A stretch of 64,000 nt of DNA, from the NCBI GenBank assembly GCA_964407825.1, contig CAYOXD010000004.1, positions 2,784 to 66,783 on the forward strand. Reading direction: 5' to 3'. Source of the DNA: an uncultured Desulfobacterales bacterium (GTDB lineage Bacteria > Desulfobacterota > Desulfobacteria > Desulfobacterales > JAFDDL01). The notes beneath the pieces were generated by a model. That model made no database searches. It was not told where the DNA came from and was given only the letters and a program-made list of their open reading frames with translations. The first letter of the stretch is position 1. Every line of letters begins with the position of its first letter. The position numbers and the translations under genes are program-made. This document shows, piece after piece, positions 29,895-39,038 of the stretch.

Positions 29895-32333
29895 TTGAAG
29901 CCGAGGCGCCGCATTGCCGTCCGTGAACTGGTGGCCCACACCCTTCGCACGGGCGATCTGGACCGGACCTTCTCGGCAGCTGGCCGCACCACCGAGGCCA
30001 TCCGCGCCCACCAGAGGGTCCAGCGGTCCCGGCCCGCCGGCTACGAGCCGGAGGTCCGGGTGAACCACCTGGTGGAAGCAGATGCGTTGGTGCTGGAAAT
30101 TTCGGGACGGGTGGACGGTGTCTACATGGAATCCGCCGATCCGGCGTCACCCACGAGACCAAGAGGGGTCGAGGAAATCAAGACCACGGCGCTCGATCCG
30201 GACGACATCACCGACGACCAATACCCCCTCCACTGGGGCCAGGCCAAGGCCTACGCATACATGCTTGCGGCCGCCCACGATCTGTCGGTCATGGAGGTCC
30301 AGCTCACCTACTACCAGCTGGAGACCGGAAAGACGCGGGAGATTCGAAGACGCTTCGAGCGCGGGGATCTGGCCGTTTTTTTCGACGACATGGTTTCGGC
30401 CTACCTCGCCTGGGCCGCCACCTTGGCGGCCTGGGACCTCACCCGCAAAGAGAGTGTTGCCGCCACTGGATTTCCTTTTCCGTCCTTCCGACCGGGACAA
30501 CGGGACATGGCGGTCCAGGTCTACCGGGCCATCGGGCTCGGGGCCCAGCTCCTGATCCAGGCCCCGACCGGGATTGGTAAAACCATGGCGGCCCTCTTCC
30601 CGGCCATCAAGGCGCTGGAAGGCCAGGGCGGGGAAAAACTCTTTTATCTGACCGCCCGCACCACCGCCCAGGGGATGGCGCAAGGCGCCGTGGCCCGCCT
30701 GGCCCAAGAGGGGCTTCGATTGAAGAGCCTCCTGTTGACGGCAAAGGACAAGATCTGCTTCACTCCTGAAGGTGCCTGCACCGGCGAGGGCTGCCCCTTC
30801 GCAAGGGGATACTATGACCGCATCCGTGCCGCCATCGAGGAGATATTCACCACCCATGACCGGTTCACCCGTCCCGTCATCGAGGCGCACGCCCGGGCCC
30901 ACCGGGTCTGCCCCTTTGAATTTTCCCTGGACCTGACGCTCGTTTCGGACCTCGTCATCTGCGATTACAACTATGCCTTTGACCCGCGGGTGCATCTTCG
31001 CCGGCTCTTCTCTGAGGAGGCGGCCGCGTGGTGCTTCCTTGTGGATGAGGCCCACAACCTCGTGGACCGGGCAAGGGAAATGTTCTCCGCGGAAATCGAA
31101 AAGCAGCCCCTGCTCGATCTTCGCCGCCAATTGGCAGGCCACCTCCCGGGCCTCCACCGGGCGCTCGGCCGGATCAACGCACACCTGGCGAAAATCCGGA
31201 AGCGATGCCATAACGCCGGCGGCAGCCTCTCGGACCCGGAGCCCCCGTCAGATCTCGGGAAGCTTCTTTTCTCGTTTCACGCTCAGGCCCAGCGATGGCT
31301 GGCCCAGAACATCGAGGCCGATTTCCGGGAAGTGTTGCTCGATAGATACTTCGAGGTGGGCAGATTCCTGGGGACCCTGGAAGGCTATGACGAGCGCTAC
31401 GCCACCCTGATGGAATCCGGCGGGAAGGATCTTCGCGTCAAGCTCTTTTGCATGAACCCGGCTGAGGATATGGCCGAAGCGCTCACCCGGTGCCGGAGCG
31501 CGGTCTTTTTCTCCGCCACCCTGATGCCCCTGGATTACTTCAAGCAGCTCTTCGGCTGCAAAGAAAATGCAGCCGCCCTGACGCTTTCCTCGCCCTTCCC
31601 CAAGGAAAATTTTCACCTGTTGGTGGCACCGGCCGTCTCCACCCGCTACCACCACAGGGAGGCCAGCCTTGGCCTCCTTACGCGATTCCTGGCCGCCATG
31701 GTGTCCGCCGTCCCTGGAAATCAACTGATCTTTTTTCCCTCCTACCAGTACCTGGAGATGGCCCGGGAGCCCCTCAGCCGCGCCTGTCCGGAGTCGCACC
31801 TGCTGGTCCAGAGCCCAGGTATGACGGAAGCGGACCGCGAGGGCTTCCTGGAGCGCTTCTCCAGCGACAGCGCTCCGCCCGTGGTGGGTCTCGCCGTCAT
31901 GGGCGGCATCTTCGGCGAAGGAATCGATCTTGCGGGGGAGCGCCTCAACGCCGCCGTCATCGTGGGCGTGGGGCTTCCGGGGATTTCGCTGGAAAACGAT
32001 CTCATCCGGGACCACTTCGATCAAAGCACCGGCCACGGTTTCGAATATGCCTACCTCTACCCGGGCATCAACCGGGTGCTCCAGGCCGCGGGCCGGGTCA
32101 TCCGCTCGGAAACCGACCGGGGCACCGTGATGCTCCTGGACGAACGCTATGCCACGGCCCGCTACCGCTCACTGCTTCCCGGCCACTGGCATCCTATCCG
32201 GGTCACCACCGAGGCCCAGATGATCCGCCAGCTGCACGCTTTCTGGGAGTCCCCCGCCCGGTCATCCCAGGAGGGCGACCGGCAGGTCGCCCCTACGGTC
32301 AAATGTCCGCCGGCTGCCGCGTCAAAAGGATAA
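29895..32333 (+). CDS. PD-(D/E)xK nuclease domain fused to a DinG/XPD-type Fe-S helicase
   Basis: N-terminal GRVDGVY...VEEIKT...QAKAYAYML nuclease motifs. APTGIGKT Walker A, four Cys (CFTPEGAC..C...C), DEAHNL, and a C-terminal helicase domain. Confidence 0.8.
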   Translation: MKPRRRIAVRELVAHTLRTGDLDRTFSAAGRTTEAIRAHQRVQRSRPAGYEPEVRVNHLVEADALVLEISGRVDGVYMESADPASPTRPRGVEEIKTTALDPDDITDDQYPLHWGQAKAYAYMLAAAHDLSVMEVQLTYYQLETGKTREIRRRFERGDLAVFFDDMVSAYLAWAATLAAWDLTRKESVAATGFPFPSFRPGQRDMAVQVYRAIGLGAQLLIQAPTGIGKTMAALFPAIKALEGQGGEKLFYLTARTTAQGMAQGAVARLAQEGLRLKSLLLTAKDKICFTPEGACTGEGCPFARGYYDRIRAAIEEIFTTHDRFTRPVIEAHARAHRVCPFEFSLDLTLVSDLVICDYNYAFDPRVHLRRLFSEEAAAWCFLVDEAHNLVDRAREMFSAEIEKQPLLDLRRQLAGHLPGLHRALGRINAHLAKIRKRCHNAGGSLSDPEPPSDLGKLLFSFHAQAQRWLAQNIEADFREVLLDRYFEVGRFLGTLEGYDERYATLMESGGKDLRVKLFCMNPAEDMAEALTRCRSAVFFSATLMPLDYFKQLFGCKENAAALTLSSPFPKENFHLLVAPAVSTRYHHREASLGLLTRFLAAMVSAVPGNQLIFFPSYQYLEMAREPLSRACPESHLLVQSPGMTEADREGFLERFSSDSAPPVVGLAVMGGIFGEGIDLAGERLNAAVIVGVGLPGISLENDLIRDHFDQSTGHGFEYAYLYPGINRVLQAAGRVIRSETDRGTVMLLDERYATARYRSLLPGHWHPIRVTTEAQMIRQLHAFWESPARSSQEGDRQVAPTVKCPPAAASKG

Positions 32334-32397
32334 ACCCAATGGGATCCTTCAGAGTGGGTTGATTATTGTTATTTTATGTCTGGAATTTAAATTGACC

Positions 32398-32426
32398 TTG
32401 ACAAGGATTCCTTATTTCGGTATAAA
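32398..32426 (+). promoter_or_regulatory. Near-consensus sigma70 promoter of the aldehyde-oxidoreductase operon
   Basis: TTGACA (32398-32403), a 17-nt spacer, then TATAAA (32421-32426), all read directly. Confidence 0.55.
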
Positions 32427-32436
32427 ATTACCGAAA
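32415..32436. promoter_or_regulatory. Perfect palindrome overlapping the -10 element (candidate repressor operator)
   Basis: TTTCGGTA-taaaat-TACCGAAA, 8-bp arms with a 6-bp spacer. Confidence 0.35.
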
Positions 32437-32469
32437 ATGACGGCTATGGTAGTAAATAATTGATTCTAA

Positions 32470-32625
32470 AGAATATTTTTCAGACCAAAGTCCCCTTTCC
32501 GCCAGGCGGCAGTTCGGGAAACCGGTCCCAACAAACCTGAAAAACAACCTGAGACGATCCAGCCCACCACGCGTGCCAGGTTGTTTTAGATGGTAGGAAG
32601 GAAAGGTTTTTTCATTGTATCAGGT
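32470..32625 (+). ncRNA. Structured 5' leader; candidate Moco/Tuco-type riboswitch (unverified)
   Basis: About 330-nt leader. It shows a long-range pairing CCTTTCC (about 32494) with GGAAAGG followed by TTTTTT (about 32609-32621). Internal hairpins are CCGCC-a-GGCGG and CGG-GAAA-CCG (GNRA loop), and AACAACCTG pairs with CAGGTTGTT. Downstream genes are Moco-related. I could not align it to the RF01055 consensus from memory. Confidence 0.3.
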
Positions 32626-32763
32626 TCGATATAATTCAGCCTAACAACACCTTAAAATAACCAATAACGAGCAGAGATTCCGCATACCGCTTTTTTAACC
32701 GCATAGGCATAAACAATGGGTGAGCCGCAAGGGTACCACCGGCGTATCCATGGAAACGACTGA

Positions 32764-33789
32764 ATGAAAAGAAGTGTTCCCGTTCGACAGGCCGTGGGGA
32801 TGGTGCTGGGCCATGATGTCACCCGGATCGTACCCGGCAAATTCAAAGGAAGGGCCTTTAAGAGGGGCCATGTCATCACCGAGGAGGATATTCCCCTGCT
32901 CCTGGATATCGGAAAGGAGCATATTTACGTCCTTGATCTCGACGACGGATTTGTTCACGAAGACGAGGCGGCCAATCGGATCGCCCGGGCGGCGCTCGGG
33001 CCCGGCCTGAAACTGACGGATGTTTCAGAGGGGAAAGTCAATATCGTGGCAGCCCATGCCGGCCTTCTCAAGGTCGATGCGGAAGCCCTGGCCAGGGTGA
33101 ACGCCCTTGGAGAAATCGTTTTTGCCACCCTTCACGCCAACCAGCCGGTCAAGGCGGATCAGCCGGTTGCCGGAACCCGGATTATTCCCCTGGTCATCGA
33201 GAGGGAAAAGATCGAGGCTGCGGAGGTCCTCTGCCGGGCCGACAACCCCGTAGTCCAGGTCAAACCCCTGGCAGCCCGCAATGTGGGGCTGATCACCACA
33301 GGCAGCGAGGTCTACCACGGTCGCATCGAAGACAAGTTCGGACCGGTGGTGGCCCGCAAATTCGAGGATCTGGGGAGCCGGATCCTGCGTCAGATCTTCG
33401 TCCTCGACGACGTGGACATGACAGTGGCAGCCATTCATACCCTGCTCGATGAGGGGGCGGAAATGATTGTCATGACCGGCGGCATGTCCGTGGACCCGGA
33501 CGATCTGACGCCTGCCTCCATTCGTGCGGCCGGGGCCAGAGTCGTCGGTTACGGCGCCCCCGTCTTTCCGGGGGCCATGTTCATGCTGGCCTATATCGAC
33601 GACATTCCTGTAATGGGGCTGCCCGGATGTGTCATGTACCACAAGGCCACCATCTTCGAGCTGGTGGTGCCCCGCATTCTCGCGGGGGAAACCGTTCCCT
33701 ACGAAGAGATCACGAGGCTTGGCTACGGCGGATTCTGCGCAGGCTGCAAGGAATGCCGCTACCCGTTGTGTGGTTTCGGAAAAGGATAA
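32764..33789 (+). CDS. Molybdopterin-binding (MogA/MoeA-fold) protein with a C-terminal Cys cluster
   Basis: VGLITTGSEV...IVMTGGMSVDPDDLTP, typical of the MoCF-biosynthesis domain. C-terminal CAGCKECRYPLC. Confidence 0.75.
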   Translation: MKRSVPVRQAVGMVLGHDVTRIVPGKFKGRAFKRGHVITEEDIPLLLDIGKEHIYVLDLDDGFVHEDEAANRIARAALGPGLKLTDVSEGKVNIVAAHAGLLKVDAEALARVNALGEIVFATLHANQPVKADQPVAGTRIIPLVIEREKIEAAEVLCRADNPVVQVKPLAARNVGLITTGSEVYHGRIEDKFGPVVARKFEDLGSRILRQIFVLDDVDMTVAAIHTLLDEGAEMIVMTGGMSVDPDDLTPASIRAAGARVVGYGAPVFPGAMFMLAYIDDIPVMGLPGCVMYHKATIFELVVPRILAGETVPYEEITRLGYGGFCAGCKECRYPLCGFGKG

Positions 33790-33852
33790 CTGCTCGTTAC
33801 CTGTTTATCCGACAACTCAAAATCGAAGGAATAATGAAAGGAGAAAACCGGC

Positions 33853-36567
33853 ATGATCAAAAAGAATCTCACCATCAATGGCGTTGCCCGGATGGTCGTT
33901 GCGCCTCCGGATGCGATGCTGGCCAACGTAATCCGTGAGCAGCTGGGACTGACGGGAACGAAGATCGGGTGCGGCCAGGCGCAGTGCGGTGCCTGCAACG
34001 TGATCCTGAACAACAAACTGATCAAATCCTGCATCACCAAGATGTCCCGGGTTCCCAACGAGTCCACCGTCATCACCGTTGAAGGCGTCGGCAATCCCGA
34101 CAACCTCCATCCGCTTCAGCTGGCCTGGGCGGTGCACGGCGGCGCCCAGTGCGGCTTCTGTACCCCGGGGTTTATCGTTTCGTCAAAGGCGCTTCTGGAT
34201 TCCAATGCCAATCCCACCCGCGAAGACGTGCGCGAGTGGTTCCAAAAGAACAAAAACGCCTGCCGCTGCACCGGTTACAAACAGCTCGTGGACGCGGTCA
34301 TGGACGCCGCCAAGGTTCTGCGCGGCGAAATGAAGGCAGATGAGCTCTTCTTCAAGATTCCTGTGGACGGTGAAATCTGGGGCGGCAACATGCCCAGACC
34401 CACCGCTATCGCCAAGGTCACCGGCACCCTGGATTACGGCGCCGACCTGGGCGCCAAGATGCCTGCCGGCACCCTGCAGCTGGCCCTGGTTCAGGCCGAA
34501 GTGTCCCACGCCAATATCAAAGGCATCGACACCTCCGAGGCGGAAAAAATGCCCGGCGTGGAAAAGATCGTCACCTGCAAGGACATCAAGGGCAAGAACC
34601 GCATCACGGGTCTCATCACCTTCCCCACCAATAAGGGCGACGGTTGGGATCGGCCCATCCTCTGCGATGAGAAGGTCTTTCAGTACGGCGACGCCATCGC
34701 CATCGTCTGCGCGGACACCATCGAGAACGCCAAGGCAGCCGCAGCCAAGGTCAAGGTCGATATGGAAGTGCTGCCCGCCTATATGGGCGCGCCGGCCGCC
34801 ATGGCCGATGACGCCATGGAAATCCATCCGGGTACGCCAAACGTCTATTTCACCCAGAACATCAAAAAGGGTGCGGACACCAAACCCATTTTTGACAGTG
34901 CAGCCGTCGTGGTCGAAGATGATTTCTTCGTCGGCCGTCAGCCCCACATGCCCATTGAGCCGGATGTCGGATTGGCATACATGGACGATGGCAAGCTGAT
35001 CATCCAGTCCAAGTCCATCGCCCTGAACCTGCATCGCATGATGATCGCGCCGGGCCTCGGCATTGAGCTGGACGACCTGGTCATGATACAGAACCCCACG
35101 GGCGGCACCTTCGGCTACAAGTTCTCCCCCACCATGGAAGCCCTGGTGGGCGCGGCCTGCATGGCCACCGGCAAGCCGGTCTACCTCTGCTATGATTACC
35201 ATCAGCAGCAGACCTACACCGGGAAGCGCTCCCCCTTCCATGTCCATATGCGCCTCGCCGCTGACAAGGATGGAAAGCTCCTGGGAATGGAGACGGACTT
35301 CAATGTGGACCATGGCCCCTACTCCGAGTTCGGCGACCTACTGACCACCCGCGGCTTCCAGTTCATGGGCGCCGGCTACGACATCAAGAACATCCGCGGT
35401 ATCGGCCGCACAGTCTGCACCAACCACTCCTGGGGATCGGCCTTCCGCGCCTACGGCTCCCCCCAGAGTTTCTACCCCACTGAAGTTCTGATGGACCGCA
35501 TCGCCGCCAAGCTGGGCATGGATCCGCTGGAACTTCGGTACAAGAACGTCTACCGCGATGGGTCCACCACCCCCACGGGCCAGACGCCGGAAGTTCTGTC
35601 CCTGCCGGAAATTCTAGAGACCCTGCGGCCCAAGTACAAGGCCGCCATGGATAAGGCCAAGGCCAACTCCACGGCCACCGTCAAACGCGGTGTGGGCGTC
35701 TCCGTCGGCATCTACGGCTGCGGTTTGGACGGCCCCGACACCTCCGGCGCCAAGATCGAACTGAACCCGGACAACTCGGTCACCGTCTACAACACCTGGG
35801 AAGATCACGGACAGGGCGCGGATATCGGCACTCTGACCACCGCCCACAAGGCCCTCCGTCCCTTGGGACTGAGTCCGGATCAGATTCACCTGAACCTGAA
35901 CGACACCAGCCTGGCCCCGGATTCGGGTCCCTCGGGCGGAAGCCGTCAGCAGGTGGTCACGGGGCGTGCCATCAAGGCCACCGCCGAAATCATGATCGAA
36001 GCCCGCAAGAAGGCGGACGGGACCTTCATGACCTACGACGAGATGAAAGAGGCTGGAAAGCCCCTGGCTTACGAAGGCAAATGGAGCGCGCCTGCCACCC
36101 TGCTGGATGAAAACTCCCAGGGCAGCCCCTTCAGCGTGTACATGTATGGTGTGTTCATGGCGGAAGTGGCCGTTGACACCACCACCGGTGTCACCACGGT
36201 CGAGAAAATTTCCCAGGTGGCCGACATCGGAAAGGTTTGCAACATGCTGTGCACCGATGGCCAGATCTACGGCGGCATGGCCCAAGGTATCGGCCTGGCC
36301 CTCACCGAGGATTTCGAGGACATCAAGAAGCACTCCACCCTCGTGGGCGCCGGCTTCCCATACTGCAAGCAGATTCCCGATGACATGGAAATCATCTACG
36401 TCCAGACCCCGCGGCCCGAAGGTCCCTTTGGCGCCGCCGGTGTTGGTGAGCTGCCCCTGACCAGCCCCCATGCGGCGATCATGAACGCCATGACCAACGC
36501 ATGCGGCGTCTGCGTCACGAAGCTGCCGGCCCTGCCCGAGAAGGTCCTTGCCGCACTGAAAGGTTGA
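33853..36567 (+). CDS. mop: Mop-type aldehyde oxidoreductase (xanthine-oxidase family, 2x[2Fe-2S] plus Mo-MCD, no FAD domain)
   Basis: 904 aa. N-terminal LTINGV...GCGQAQCGACNVILN...CIT...TVEGVG...QCGFCTPGFI...CRCTGY, followed by large Mo-pterin domains. Size and architecture match the D. gigas MOP. Confidence 0.9.
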   Translation: MIKKNLTINGVARMVVAPPDAMLANVIREQLGLTGTKIGCGQAQCGACNVILNNKLIKSCITKMSRVPNESTVITVEGVGNPDNLHPLQLAWAVHGGAQCGFCTPGFIVSSKALLDSNANPTREDVREWFQKNKNACRCTGYKQLVDAVMDAAKVLRGEMKADELFFKIPVDGEIWGGNMPRPTAIAKVTGTLDYGADLGAKMPAGTLQLALVQAEVSHANIKGIDTSEAEKMPGVEKIVTCKDIKGKNRITGLITFPTNKGDGWDRPILCDEKVFQYGDAIAIVCADTIENAKAAAAKVKVDMEVLPAYMGAPAAMADDAMEIHPGTPNVYFTQNIKKGADTKPIFDSAAVVVEDDFFVGRQPHMPIEPDVGLAYMDDGKLIIQSKSIALNLHRMMIAPGLGIELDDLVMIQNPTGGTFGYKFSPTMEALVGAACMATGKPVYLCYDYHQQQTYTGKRSPFHVHMRLAADKDGKLLGMETDFNVDHGPYSEFGDLLTTRGFQFMGAGYDIKNIRGIGRTVCTNHSWGSAFRAYGSPQSFYPTEVLMDRIAAKLGMDPLELRYKNVYRDGSTTPTGQTPEVLSLPEILETLRPKYKAAMDKAKANSTATVKRGVGVSVGIYGCGLDGPDTSGAKIELNPDNSVTVYNTWEDHGQGADIGTLTTAHKALRPLGLSPDQIHLNLNDTSLAPDSGPSGGSRQQVVTGRAIKATAEIMIEARKKADGTFMTYDEMKEAGKPLAYEGKWSAPATLLDENSQGSPFSVYMYGVFMAEVAVDTTTGVTTVEKISQVADIGKVCNMLCTDGQIYGGMAQGIGLALTEDFEDIKKHSTLVGAGFPYCKQIPDDMEIIYVQTPRPEGPFGAAGVGELPLTSPHAAIMNAMTNACGVCVTKLPALPEKVLAALKG

Positions 36568-36617
36568 TCTTGGGTTGAAGTTGAAGCTGTAAATTGCTGA
36601 ATGTTGAATATGCTCGA

Positions 36618-36654
36618 GGGGCGGGTCCTGATGGTTGTTAACAGGACCCGCCCC
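36618..36654 (+). other. Perfect 13-bp GC-rich stem-loop after mop, with no U-tract
   Basis: GGGGCGGGTCCTG-atggttgttaa-CAGGACCCGCCCC. Confidence 0.6.
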
Positions 36655-36737
36655 CATTCTCTGCTGAACAGGGCCGGTAATCGTTGTCGTAATCGCAGTC
36701 GACATGAAAAACGGTATCATCATCAAGCCAGGATGTT

Positions 36738-39038
36738 ATGGATCAAAAAGAACTCAAGGCGATAGAACACAAATGCATCCAGGAGGAACCGCCCGAATGC
36801 GTAGCCGCCTGCCCTATTCACGTGAATGCTCGGAGCCTCATGGGTTCCGTTGCTGCGGGTAAATGGGACAACGCTTTTAAGATATTAGAAAAAACAATGC
36901 CGATCCCGGCCATTCTCGGACGCGTCTGCGATGCGCCTTGCCGGGCGCGGTGCAAGCGCGGCGAGGTTGAAGATCCCATCGAAATCGGCGCCCTTGAGCG
37001 CGCCTGCCTGGAATTCGGCACCCCCCCCCGGCTTCTGCCGCCCATTCCCCATAAGGATCAACGGGTGGCCGTGGTGGGCACCGGTGTGAGCAGTTTGACC
37101 GTGGCATGGGATCTTTCCAAGAAGGGCTATGCCGTCACCCTTTACGAGCCGTCGTCGGACTTTGCCGATAAGCTGCTCCAGGCCTGGCCTGACCGGCTTA
37201 CCCCGGAGCATCTGGACAATACCTTGACGGTGCTGGAAAAGCGCCGCGTTGCGGTGGAGCGGCAGGCTGCCGTGGAAGACCCGGGCTTCCCAGACCATTT
37301 GGACGGGTTCGACGCCGTCTACCTCGGACTGGATGCCGTATCCGGGAAACAGTGGCCTCTTGACCAGATTGATGAGGCCCTTCAGACCACCTCCCAGGAG
37401 GGGGTGTTTGCCGGCGGGAACTCGCCTCGAAGCATCCCGTCGGTCATCTGGCGGGCCGCGGAAGGCCGTTTTGCCGCCATCTCCATGGACCGCTTTCTTC
37501 AGGGCGTTTCCCTCAGCGCGGGACGAAAAGCCGAGGGATCCTACCCCACCCGACTCTTTACCAGCATAGAGGGCATTTCCCCCAAAGCCGCGGTCCAGGC
37601 CACCGATCCCACGGGGAGCTACAGCGCCTCCGAGGCCGTTTCAGAGGCCGAGCGCTGCCTTCAGTGCGAGTGCCTCGAATGCGTGAAGGTGTGCCCGTAC
37701 CTGGAGCATTTTCGCGGTTATCCGAAAAAATATGCCAGGGAGATTTACAACAACGAGGCCATTGTGATGGGGGTACGTCAGGCCAACACCCTCATCAATT
37801 CGTGCAGTCTCTGCGGGCTCTGTGAACAGGTCTGTCCCGAGGACTTCGCCATGCAGGATGTCTGTCTGGAGGCACGCCGCTCCATGGTCCAGCGAGCCAA
37901 GATGCCCGATCGCGCCCACGAATTCGCCCTTTTGGATATGGCTTTCTCCCAGAGCGATAAATTTGCCATGATACGCCATGAGCCCGGGTCCGATAAGAGC
38001 CGCTATGCCTTTTTCCCGGGCTGCCAGCTGTGCGCCTCCTCCCCCAGCCAGGTGATGGACACTTACGCTCATCTCAGAAGCTGTATCTCCGACGGTATCG
38101 GTTTGATGCTCGGCTGTTGCACCGCCCCCGCATACTGGGCCGGCCGGGAGGATCTCTTCCAGGAGGGCCTCGACACCTTCAAGGGCAACTGGGAAAGGCT
38201 TGGGAAACCGGAGGTGGTTCTGGCCTGTTCCACCTGCCTGCGCACCTTCCGGGACCACCTGAAGGAGGTGCCGGTGGTGTCCCTGTGGCAGGTACTTGAG
38301 GAAAAGGGACTGCCTATTCCTGAAAAGTCTCCAACTCAGAATACGGTAGTGGCCATCCACGACCCTTGCACCACCCGGCATGAACCTGAAATCCAGGAGG
38401 TCGTGCGGCGCCTGGCCGGCCGGCTCGGGGTCACCGTCGCTGAACTGCCCCTGTCAAAGGACCTCACCGAGTGCTGCGGATTCGGCGGGCTCATGAGAAA
38501 CGCGAATCCTGCCCTCGCAAAGGAAGTGATCCGCAGGCGGTCCCGGCAAAGCGAAGCAGACTACCTGGCTTACTGCGCCATGTGCCGGGACAATCTGGCC
38601 GGCGCCGGAAAGCGTGCCCTTCACTTGCTGGACCTGGTGTTTCCATCGTCGGCGGATAGCGACCCGGCGGACCGGGAACGGCCCGGCTGGTCCCTGCGGC
38701 TGGACAACCGGGAGCACCTGAATCTACGGATGCGAACGGAAATTTGGGGGGAAACCATGCCGAACAACAGCGAAGCCCATCGCGACATCGAGCTTGTCAT
38801 GACCCGCGAGGTGGAGGTTCGATTGGAAAACCGGCGTATCCTTAAGCAAGACGTCCAAAAGGTCCTCCATCATGCGGCCCAAACCGCAAAAACCTTCGTG
38901 AACGAGGAAACCGGGCATTATCTTGCCTCGTTCAAGCCCAGCCGGGTTACCTTTTGGGTGGAATATTCGCCGGAAGGGGAAGGCAAATATGTCATTCACA
39001 ACGCCTATGCGCACCGGATGGAGGCTCGACCCGCATGA
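36738..39038 (+). CDS. Multidomain flavo-FeS oxidoreductase: GltD-like N-terminus, 2x[4Fe-4S] ferredoxin, two CCG (HdrB/D, GlpC-like) domains and a C-terminal extension
   Basis: CVAACPIHV...GRVCDAPCRARC...RVAVVGTGVSSLTVAWDL (GltD-like); CLQCECLECVKVCP and CSLCGLCEQVCP; FFPGCQL...CCTAP and IHDPCTTRH...TECCGFGG (CCG motifs). Confidence 0.8.
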   Translation: MDQKELKAIEHKCIQEEPPECVAACPIHVNARSLMGSVAAGKWDNAFKILEKTMPIPAILGRVCDAPCRARCKRGEVEDPIEIGALERACLEFGTPPRLLPPIPHKDQRVAVVGTGVSSLTVAWDLSKKGYAVTLYEPSSDFADKLLQAWPDRLTPEHLDNTLTVLEKRRVAVERQAAVEDPGFPDHLDGFDAVYLGLDAVSGKQWPLDQIDEALQTTSQEGVFAGGNSPRSIPSVIWRAAEGRFAAISMDRFLQGVSLSAGRKAEGSYPTRLFTSIEGISPKAAVQATDPTGSYSASEAVSEAERCLQCECLECVKVCPYLEHFRGYPKKYAREIYNNEAIVMGVRQANTLINSCSLCGLCEQVCPEDFAMQDVCLEARRSMVQRAKMPDRAHEFALLDMAFSQSDKFAMIRHEPGSDKSRYAFFPGCQLCASSPSQVMDTYAHLRSCISDGIGLMLGCCTAPAYWAGREDLFQEGLDTFKGNWERLGKPEVVLACSTCLRTFRDHLKEVPVVSLWQVLEEKGLPIPEKSPTQNTVVAIHDPCTTRHEPEIQEVVRRLAGRLGVTVAELPLSKDLTECCGFGGLMRNANPALAKEVIRRRSRQSEADYLAYCAMCRDNLAGAGKRALHLLDLVFPSSADSDPADRERPGWSLRLDNREHLNLRMRTEIWGETMPNNSEAHRDIELVMTREVEVRLENRRILKQDVQKVLHHAAQTAKTFVNEETGHYLASFKPSRVTFWVEYSPEGEGKYVIHNAYAHRMEARPA

